Shown here piece after piece: positions 56,152 to 64,000 of a stretch of DNA of 64,000 bases. The notes under the pieces were generated by a model that ran no database searches, was not told where the DNA came from, and was given only the letters and a program-made list of their open reading frames with translations. The position numbers were made by a program, and so were the translations under genes. The stretch comes from a virus (Duplodnaviria; Heunggongvirae; Uroviricota; Caudoviricetes). Within the stretch, counting starts at the first letter, position 1. Each line of letters begins with the position of its first letter. Where the stretch lies: the IMG/VR virus record IMGVR_UViG_3300006141_000002; one strand, 5' to 3'.

Positions 56152-59100
56152 TTATCGTTTGATTCGAAGATGGGACAGAACCTCGTTTGTGAATTGACGG
56201 TTGATCTCCTGATGTTGCTTCACCGTCTCCTCATTGCCTCCGTAGATATAGACATCACCAAAATGAATGGCTTCGCTTTGGTTGTTTGTGACAGCCGGTA
56301 GGGGAGCGTATGTACTGTCTACCCCATTCTTTGTAATATCAAAGATACCACTCAAATCAACGGAATCCAGTGCTCTCCCAAGTTTCTCGGACAGCATGGT
56401 AGTAAAGTCAATCAGTCGGTATAGTCCCTTTTCCTTCTTCGCATCAAGCACCAATTCACCCTTTTCAAGGATTGCTGGCACTTCTTTGCGGTTCAGAGGG
56501 AACTGATCGTCAACAAACCCACCTGTGTGATAGCAGTTATGAAGCAATTTACCAATGTTGGATGGATTCAGTTCATCTCTGGTAATCCACCATGTTCCAT
56601 CAGAGCCACGGAAATCAGCATGTACGCCATACTGATCGAGCTTTGCCGCCTCAATAGCCGCCTGCTTATGTAGAGCATCGTTCTTATCCTTTGTGTTGAA
56701 CGTGCTCCACTGAGCACCCAGCTTCTTCATGCGGGCAACAATGGCCTTGACCATATCTGTGTTCGATACAGATGTGTCTGAATCGGACGGACCGACAACT
56801 CTATTTCCACCAGATGTTCCGTCATCACCTGAGCTAAAGCTATACGATCCACTGCTTATGCTACTAAGCTGTGAGGTTATACTTGAAATCTCAGCCTTTA
56901 AGCCTGCAAGCATACTTTGAACAGATGTACCATATCGCTGTGCGGCTGCCTCACACTGAGCCCATGCGTCAGTGATTTCCTGATTCAACACAGAACCATA
57001 TTCATAGTTCCAGTCGATCAGCTCCTGATACAGTGTTTGCCAGTGTTGGTTGATATAGTCGATTGCCATATCGTAGAGCTTCTGGTACGAAGAAATTGTC
57101 TTCTCAAGAGCGGCAATCTCTTCATCCTTCTGCTGCTCATACGCTTCCTGCATATCGTCCAGAGCATTCTCCTGAGCCTCACGGGCATAGTCAGCCTGAG
57201 TATCAGAAAGTTCCTTTTGGAGCGCAGCCATATCTTCCTCAAGTTTGATCTTCTGCGCCTGGGCGTCGCGGCTGTCATCGAGTGACAGAGCGTTGATCCG
57301 CTCCTGCAGTTTAGCAATCTCCTTGATTTTGTCCGCTACTTCATCCTCATAATCCGCTTCATCTTTCGCGGCCTCGAGAGCCTCCTTGCGAAGGTCGATA
57401 ATTTTAGCATAGGCATCTTTCATATCCTCAAGCGCATCGATCTGATCCTGAATACGCTGTTTCAACATATCCATGACGTACTTGATGATACCCTCTACGC
57501 CATCCTGCATCGTTGTGAGTTCTTCTTTTAGACTTTCTAGGGACTCTTTTGCTTCATTAGATACCCGTCCAATTCCAGCAATAGCATTCTTTGACAGCGA
57601 CTGGATTGCTTTAATATTGTGCATCGCAGCGTTATATTGAGAATTAGTGAGCTCACCGGCCAGCTTCATCTGTTCAAGCTGTGCGTATACAAGCCCCCAT
57701 GTTGTCCCAGTCGCCTCTGTTGTGGCAAAACACAGTTCGTTCAGGCTTTCGTTTGACTCACCGAGCGCGGCGAGGCGCAGCCTCTCGACATAAGCAAGGG
57801 CGTTCTCCAATGCAAGCCGCTCTGTCTTTGCTGCAATAACCGCGTTGATGCGCTCCTCGTTGATGACAAGCAGACCATTTTCATCCTGGAGATACTGCAT
57901 ATACTGCGGCCCGAGGTCGTAAATAGACTGGAGTGTATCTACGGATATAAAACCGCCATTTGACGCATATTCGTCCGCTGCGTCATGCAGTGTATCGTAC
58001 ACACTCTGCACCTTGTCCACAAGGTCAGATGCGGCATCGACCATATCCAGCAAATTATCAACAACATCATCTCTGACATCCTTAATCTTTTGCGCATAGT
58101 CCCACCACAAATCACTGAGTTTGCTGACCTCATCGCTGGTGTCGGCGTACCCCTGAGACCTGTAATATTCCGCCTGCTCATGGATGATCTCCTGCATCCG
58201 TTTGTAGTAATCTACAATATCGTTTGCATATCCGGCAACGCCAGGATGGAATCCCTTGTCCATAGCGTCTTCCATCCAGTTTTCTGTCAGCTTGATGGCG
58301 TTCTCGCGTTCGCCGGCCATCTTCTCAAAATTATCAACAATCGTTTTCTGAATGCTATCCTGATAATTCCACCACTGTTTCTGGAGTTCCTGGATATAGT
58401 CGGAATTTTCATCAAGACCCATCGCACGATACTTTTCCGCGTACTCATGTACGGTCTCCTGCATCTTGCGATAGATTGCGACAATCTGATCTGCACTTCC
58501 ACCGTTTTTCTCCAAGAGGAAAATAGAGTGCTCAAAGTTTCCAATGATTTCACTCAATTCTTCTTTGAGCTTTTTCAGTGCGTCCTCAAGCGCGTCTTCC
58601 AGTTCCTTGTCATCAACTGTTGCCTTCACTTCGACTTCTGCGCTTGGAGAATATGGCTTGCCGTATGTGCCCTCCTTATCCTTGTTGATGACAAGACCGC
58701 CATGCGCACCACCCTCAAAGGCGGGGACAGAGCCAAGGATATGCTTACCGGAACCACGGAGTATCTTCTTTGTCTCGTCAGCATTATATACCTGGTCTCC
58801 CTCGTTAAGGTCAACGATCTCCGGTCCGTTTACACCAGCCAGATATGCTTCTTTCCCGGACTTGATAAGCTCTGGGTCTTCCTCACCTACAAGCGCCGGA
58901 CCGGCAGGAGCTCCATCTGTACCGTTTGCAAACCCAAGGATACTGCCAAGAGAACCAAGCACGTTGTTTTTCTTTCTGACATCATAGTAGACCGTTGCGG
59001 TCTTGCCGTCAATGTCTGAAACTGCATCCCCAATAGAGTATATCTTCGTTACCGCAGAATCTGCCGCATTGCCAATATTCTCAATTTCAGAGACAACATT

Positions 59101-62100
59101 CTCCGTTGATTGATCGTCAACTTCGTCAATAGCGTTCCCAATACCATCTACGCTTGCAGTAACATCGGTAAACTCCAGACCGCGAATGTAATCAAGCGCG
59201 TCACTAACATCCTTGATCTCCCCATCTGCATTTGTCAGAGATATGTTGTCAACCTCGCCGAGTTTCGTGATAAGGCTCTCAGCCTCGTCCTTCGTAAACC
59301 CAAGCGTCTGAAGGATATCGCCGAATCCCTCATAATCAATGGAGATATTGATTCCGTCTTTTGTAACGACGCCAAGTTGATCCAGCACTTCAACCAGATT
59401 GTTTGCGTCCTGTGTCACACTGATAAAACTCACATTGTCAAGACCGGACAGAGCAGTGGTAATATCGTAGATTTCTTTTTCTGTCTTTCCGAGGGTCAAG
59501 AGCTGCTCAGTAAGTCTGTCCAGATTGATGACCTTACCGCCAAGTTCCTCCGCATCGTCTGCACAGCTATCCATAACAATGCCGAGATCCTCGATTTTCT
59601 TAAGCACCTCATCAATATTGAAGAAGTCAATGTCGCCCCACATAGACAGCGCTTCAAGGCACGACAGAACGGCCTCCTCTGTGAGTCCCATCTTCTCTGC
59701 AATAGCAGCAATATTTTCCTGGTCAATATCGAAGATATAAGCACCATGCGAATCTTTGCTGATCTCAAGCAGTTTTTCACCCTGCTCATTGACCATCTTG
59801 CCGGCTTCCGACATTTCGTATAGTCTCTCGATAAAACCGGCACCCGCGCTATCCGCATCAGAAAAGATAGATTCGCTGCGTTTCATGGACTCATAGATTT
59901 CATCCAGTCCATCGCTCCAGCCCCAAGCGGCAAGCTGTTCGCTACCAAACAGGAATTCCGCAGCGGCCCAGAACCTGTTTGAGTTGGTTGTGCCAGCCTC
60001 AAACTGCTTGTTCAGTTCCTCAAAAGCAGCGGCATAGGATTTGAAGTCAGTATCCTTTTCTTCAACATACATAGCGGCGTCGTATCTCGCTTTTGCATCA
60101 GTAACCTTATCAAACTCACCAACCATGCCATCAAGGACCTTGTTGAGCGCCAGAGCCTCCGTTGTAATGAGACTGATACCATCCCCACCGTTTGCAAGAT
60201 TCGTCAAAATAACGGATAAGAACTGCGCATTCATTCCATCCTGTTCGAGGATAGACGCAAGTTCAAAACTACTGTCAGCAAGCTCCTCAATTTTGTCAGG
60301 TGAAATTTCTCCAAGGGAACTAAGTAAAGATACTAACTCGGACTTTGCCTCTGTAAACGATTCGGACTTCCATAGAGTGCTGATTTGCTGCCGCAATTCT
60401 TCTGTTCTTCTTGCGGCAACCACTTGTTCGTCATTATAGGCAGCAATCGCATTAAGAACTTCATCCCAAGACGTAGCTCCGTCTTCTGTAATAGCCTTAA
60501 CAGCAATCACAAAATCCTCTTCTGATAGATTTCGAAGCTGATCCTTGATTTCATTTCGCTTTTCATACAAAGACTTAATGGCAGCAAAATGATCGTCCGG
60601 ATTCCAAGATGAATAGCCGGGCTCATCAGACTTATCTACCAGCTTATTAGCAAGATCATTAAGCTGTTGTTCATACAGTTCATATTGACGTAACTGATTA
60701 AACAGTTCTGGAAAATGCACAGCCAGCAGATCATCGACGCCATTTGTAATGTTATCAATATTAATATCACCATTACTCATGGCATCCTTTAGGTCTCTGC
60801 TGGATTCCACTGTGTCTATCAATTCTTCCCTGAATTGTGACAATCCCTCTGCCGTTTTGATTGCAGAAGTGTCCATTCTCAGAAATTGTTCATAGATAAC
60901 ACTGTCACGGAGCCCTTTTGCCTGCTCTGTCAGTTCGTCGCCATACTCAAGATATCTCTCATATTGCTGGCGAAGGGTCGTAAACAATTCGCTGGATGAA
61001 TAGTCGTAATCAGCAGCGGCCTTTAATGCCTCCATCATGCCAAGGAGCTGTTCTGCTCTCTGCATAGCATCCCCATATGTCGAAACATATGTAGTATTGG
61101 AGAACCAGCCGCCATCGGTGACTTGTAAACCATACCCAGCATTACGCAAAATTTCTTCTGCCTTGTTATCCCCAGAGCCAACATAATCCCATGAGCCGAA
61201 AGCGGGATGTACGAATGAGCCTTTGCTACTGCCGACCGCCTTGTCACTTGCGTTTGTAGCGGCCGCATATGCTGCAACATACGAATCAACAGTATCTCCA
61301 GCCTCAGCAAGCGCAATCTGCTTTAGCTTATCAATCTCGTCATCCAGCTTTCCGTTGACTAAATCAAGGTTATTTGCTTGATCTCCGACAAGTTTTGTGA
61401 TTTCATCTTGGATATTTCGAACCTCGGCTCGTGTGCCAGCATCAACATACTCTTCTTTCCTGAGTTCCTGATACTTCTCGATCAGGTCATTCAGAGTTTG
61501 CAGTTCTTCCCTATTTGCTTCTGCTTTTTCTCGCGTCTCACTGGCAAGTTGATTCGCCTTCTCCGAGGCTATCTCAGCGGCATTTATCAAAGAACCAAGG
61601 GCAGATATAATTGCCTGAATCGCCAGAGCAATTCCCATAGTGATAAGCATATTCAGCGCTGTATTGAGTACAGTTACACCAACTGCGGCGAGTTTTGATT
61701 TCGTCCCAAGTGCGTTTGTTTGGATACCAGCATTTCTGCAGTATGTCATATACCCCTTGAGACTTGCCGTTCCACCGTTCAAACTCTTTAGATATGCCGC
61801 AAGAGAACTATCTGTCCCCTCCAAATTGCGCATAAAGAGCGTTTGGGCCTCTGCTGATGTACCAAGCTGCAGGTTATATGCACCGATACGTTGATTGATA
61901 TTATTCAGTGCTCCATTAAATCCAATTCGCAGAGAATCTGTTAACCGTGCCCCAGATTCCCTTGCTGCATTAAAGTTCTTGATAAGCGAGCCAATACCAC
62001 GATTAGCAAGCTGAATCTTGTTATCATTAAAATCAAGAAGCCCAATGGAAACACCTTTGGCACCTTTTACAGCGGTATATGCACCAACGATAGTAGTAAT

Positions 62101-64000
62101 CAGTGTTGGAAGTGTACCAAATCTTTCAATGATCTTATCAAGCGTCTCGATAAATCCGGTGCCAAAATCAACTACATTTTTGATAAAATCAGAACTGAAA
62201 AATGTATTGGATAACTCCTCAAATGCTGCATTGAACTGCCCAATCTTTGCAGTAATTGTGTCCATATAAATGGAATTTGCTTCTGTTGCAACACCAGCAG
62301 AATCCATCGCATCAGCATAAGCGCCGGCCGCGTCTGACCAGTTTGTAAGGATACTACTGACGACTTGCAGTTGTCGTACGCCACCAAGGATCTCAGCAAT
62401 ACGTGCCTGTTGTGTATCAGATAGTTCATCCCAAACCACAGCAATGCCCTCAAAAATATCGTAGATATCTTTGAATGTATCTGTAGTCCCATCGACCATA
62501 ATATCAAAGCCGGTTAATGCCTTGATTTCACTTGCATACTTAGAGAATCCTTGTGCGAGATCTGAAGTATCTTCACCAAGCTCTTCAAGTTCAGACTTAG
62601 AGCCACGAATACGGGCGCTGATTGTTTTCAAGGCTGTACCAACAGTTGAAGAATTTTGAACAGCAGCGTTTGCAGCCGCAATCAGACCGGCAGATTTCTC
62701 AAAGCTGGTATTAGCCGCATTCAATGCGGCACCAGATTTTTCATATGCTTCCATCATTTCGCCAGCAGAAACTGCGTACTTTTGGCCGACCTCAACCAAT
62801 ACGTCTGCGACATGTTCTGCTTCTTCAACATCCATGTTGAAACCCTTGATAATTGATGTCATACCAGTTGTGGCGGCATCTGTATCGACAGCAGCTACAT
62901 TCGCCAAAACATTTGCGTACTCCGCAAGTATTGTTGCATCTTCTAAGTTGTAGCCCAGCCGGCTAAATGTCTCAATAGACCCAAGCACATCTGTGATGCT
63001 TTTGCCAAGATTTTTTGCAAGAACAGTAGCATTTTGCAGGAAATATGTAAGCTGTGTATCAGTGGCACCCGTGACGATTTGCAACTGAGCCAATGCGCCG
63101 TCAAGTTCTCTAACGTTGGCAATCATCTCTTTGATAGTATGGATAGCTGTCGTCAAACTTCTGGTGATCAGCATCCATCCACCAAAACGCTCGTATGCTT
63201 TTGATAACGCATCAAGCATAGAGCGGCCAAGCGATCCAGTCGCTGTGGCCTGTGTGCGGATATTCGCAAACTCGCCTTCCATCTCTCTAAGCCGCTCAGT
63301 CGTAATCTCTGCCCCAGACCTAAGTTCTGTAAGCATAAGCCGAATACTATTGCCGGCATCAGAATAGGAGAGTTTGCTGTTAGATTGCAGGAATTTCGTC
63401 ATGCGTTCCTGCAGGCTCGCAACCTGTTTAAGAGAAGCGAGCTCTGCTTGGTTTGCTGCGGCCTCTCTTTCAGCGGCGTTCTCTGCCGCTCTTGCGGCAC
63501 GCTCAGCCTCAGCGGCGGCCTTTGCTTCTGCGGCCTGCTTGTCCTGGATCGCAGTTATATTCCTTTGGATGGCGAGCCCCTCCTGCTGGAGAGCCTCAAT
63601 ATCACCAGAATGGCTGACCTTGACCTCGTTTACTTTCCGCGCCCATTCGTTATAGGCTGCCGTAATTCTCTGAATTTGCGCTTCGTCCGCAACCATATTA
63701 CTGCCGGACAAACCACTCTTATATGTCTTTGCAACACTCTTGGCGATAGAGTCAAGCACTTCCATCTGACCAGCCCAGCTTGCCGCTGCGGTCTTTGCCT
63801 CGTTCATTTTCTGAACTGCGGCATTTGCGGCGTCAGCGGTGCTGCGCATCGTCGCGTCAACGCCCTCTGCACCAAGGAAATCCTTGAGCCCTGTGATGTT
63901 CACCCCGTTTTGTACGCTCAGAGAGCTGAGCATTGTCTGGAGTTGCTTCTTTACATTCGTTACGGCGGCAGAACAGTCAATCTTGTTCACCTTCAAGGTC
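56152..64000 (-). CDS. Tape measure protein (TP901-like), 5' partial, >2614 aa
   Basis: Very long helical ORF open to the window edge; LGKSITDVL..FSRLGY core; C-terminal HTGG...EVPAILEKGE. Confidence 0.92.
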   Translation of the reverse strand, partial: TLKVNKIDCSAAVTNVKKQLQTMLSSLSVQNGVNITGLKDFLGAEGVDATMRSTADAANAAVQKMNEAKTAAASWAGQMEVLDSIAKSVAKTYKSGLSGSNMVADEAQIQRITAAYNEWARKVNEVKVSHSGDIEALQQEGLAIQRNITAIQDKQAAEAKAAAEAERAARAAENAAEREAAANQAELASLKQVASLQERMTKFLQSNSKLSYSDAGNSIRLMLTELRSGAEITTERLREMEGEFANIRTQATATGSLGRSMLDALSKAYERFGGWMLITRSLTTAIHTIKEMIANVRELDGALAQLQIVTGATDTQLTYFLQNATVLAKNLGKSITDVLGSIETFSRLGYNLEDATILAEYANVLANVAAVDTDAATTGMTSIIKGFNMDVEEAEHVADVLVEVGQKYAVSAGEMMEAYEKSGAALNAANTSFEKSAGLIAAANAAVQNSSTVGTALKTISARIRGSKSELEELGEDTSDLAQGFSKYASEIKALTGFDIMVDGTTDTFKDIYDIFEGIAVVWDELSDTQQARIAEILGGVRQLQVVSSILTNWSDAAGAYADAMDSAGVATEANSIYMDTITAKIGQFNAAFEELSNTFFSSDFIKNVVDFGTGFIETLDKIIERFGTLPTLITTIVGAYTAVKGAKGVSIGLLDFNDNKIQLANRGIGSLIKNFNAARESGARLTDSLRIGFNGALNNINQRIGAYNLQLGTSAEAQTLFMRNLEGTDSSLAAYLKSLNGGTASLKGYMTYCRNAGIQTNALGTKSKLAAVGVTVLNTALNMLITMGIALAIQAIISALGSLINAAEIASEKANQLASETREKAEANREELQTLNDLIEKYQELRKEEYVDAGTRAEVRNIQDEITKLVGDQANNLDLVNGKLDDEIDKLKQIALAEAGDTVDSYVAAYAAATNASDKAVGSSKGSFVHPAFGSWDYVGSGDNKAEEILRNAGYGLQVTDGGWFSNTTYVSTYGDAMQRAEQLLGMMEALKAAADYDYSSSELFTTLRQQYERYLEYGDELTEQAKGLRDSVIYEQFLRMDTSAIKTAEGLSQFREELIDTVESSRDLKDAMSNGDINIDNITNGVDDLLAVHFPELFNQLRQYELYEQQLNDLANKLVDKSDEPGYSSWNPDDHFAAIKSLYEKRNEIKDQLRNLSEEDFVIAVKAITEDGATSWDEVLNAIAAYNDEQVVAARRTEELRQQISTLWKSESFTEAKSELVSLLSSLGEISPDKIEELADSSFELASILEQDGMNAQFLSVILTNLANGGDGISLITTEALALNKVLDGMVGEFDKVTDAKARYDAAMYVEEKDTDFKSYAAAFEELNKQFEAGTTNSNRFWAAAEFLFGSEQLAAWGWSDGLDEIYESMKRSESIFSDADSAGAGFIERLYEMSEAGKMVNEQGEKLLEISKDSHGAYIFDIDQENIAAIAEKMGLTEEAVLSCLEALSMWGDIDFFNIDEVLKKIEDLGIVMDSCADDAEELGGKVINLDRLTEQLLTLGKTEKEIYDITTALSGLDNVSFISVTQDANNLVEVLDQLGVVTKDGINISIDYEGFGDILQTLGFTKDEAESLITKLGEVDNISLTNADGEIKDVSDALDYIRGLEFTDVTASVDGIGNAIDEVDDQSTENVVSEIENIGNAADSAVTKIYSIGDAVSDIDGKTATVYYDVRKKNNVLGSLGSILGFANGTDGAPAGPALVGEEDPELIKSGKEAYLAGVNGPEIVDLNEGDQVYNADETKKILRGSGKHILGSVPAFEGGAHGGLVINKDKEGTYGKPYSPSAEVEVKATVDDKELEDALEDALKKLKEELSEIIGNFEHSIFLLEKNGGSADQIVAIYRKMQETVHEYAEKYRAMGLDENSDYIQELQKQWWNYQDSIQKTIVDNFEKMAGERENAIKLTENWMEDAMDKGFHPGVAGYANDIVDYYKRMQEIIHEQAEYYRSQGYADTSDEVSKLSDLWWDYAQKIKDVRDDVVDNLLDMVDAASDLVDKVQSVYDTLHDAADEYASNGGFISVDTLQSIYDLGPQYMQYLQDENGLLVINEERINAVIAAKTERLALENALAYVERLRLAALGESNESLNELCFATTEATGTTWGLVYAQLEQMKLAGELTNSQYNAAMHNIKAIQSLSKNAIAGIGRVSNEAKESLESLKEELTTMQDGVEGIIKYVMDMLKQRIQDQIDALEDMKDAYAKIIDLRKEALEAAKDEADYEDEVADKIKEIAKLQERINALSLDDSRDAQAQKIKLEEDMAALQKELSDTQADYAREAQENALDDMQEAYEQQKDEEIAALEKTISSYQKLYDMAIDYINQHWQTLYQELIDWNYEYGSVLNQEITDAWAQCEAAAQRYGTSVQSMLAGLKAEISSITSQLSSISSGSYSFSSGDDGTSGGNRVVGPSDSDTSVSNTDMVKAIVARMKKLGAQWSTFNTKDKNDALHKQAAIEAAKLDQYGVHADFRGSDGTWWITRDELNPSNIGKLLHNCYHTGGFVDDQFPLNRKEVPAILEKGELVLDAKKEKGLYRLIDFTTMLSEKLGRALDSVDLSGIFDITKNGVDSTYAPLPAVTNNQSEAIHFGDVYIYGGNEETVKQHQEINRQFTNEVLSHLRIKR

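Larger units (their letters stand above)
1..64000. mobile_element. Large temperate tailed phage/prophage segment (SPbeta-like organisation), continuing beyond both window ends
   Basis: Uninterrupted phage modules: replication, nucleotide metabolism, serine integrase, lysis, tail and tape measure; no host housekeeping operons. Confidence 0.95.

Noticed and set aside
1-64000. CRISPR array, or a cas locus around the Cas4-like nuclease
   Set aside because: No regularly spaced direct repeats seen; the nuclease sits in the ERF-SSB-helicase recombination module
56152-64000. Stop-codon reassignment
   Set aside because: Standard code gives long, densely packed ORFs throughout, including a >2600-aa tape measure

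Overview
The whole 64-kb window is a continuous segment of a large temperate, SPbeta-like siphophage of a Firmicutes host (probably Clostridia/Oscillospiraceae; host is an inference). The left arm (mostly + strand, 1-36.3 kb) carries accessory genes, two PAPS-reductase-family genes, a cysteine desulfurase, a sigma factor and a CI/LexA-type repressor with face-to-face promoters. It also carries a mazF/MrpR-like operon, recombination and replication genes (ERF, SSB, Cas4-like nuclease, DnaB, DnaG, DnaE split by a 900-nt group I intron with an HNH endonuclease), a C5 DNA methyltransferase, nucleotide metabolism genes (ThyX, NrdH-NrdD-NrdG-mini FTR, dUTPase) and a large serine integrase followed by a candidate attP. 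The right arm (- strand, 36.5-64 kb) carries tape measure, baseplate and tail genes, a diversity-generating retroelement (target gene with VR, 143-nt TR differing only at adenines, RT with an atypical YMDN motif, no avd), a tyrosine recombinase and the lysis genes. Most notable observations: (1) an inverted, covarying second copy of the DGR IMH/double-hairpin element lies 4.2 kb away, so the pair brackets TR, RT and the tyrosine recombinase; (2) a phage-encoded orphan MazF is co-transcribed with an MrpR-like repressor; (3) two distant ORFs look like complementary halves of a dead terminase ATPase. All family assignments come from motif recognition by eye; no database searches were run.
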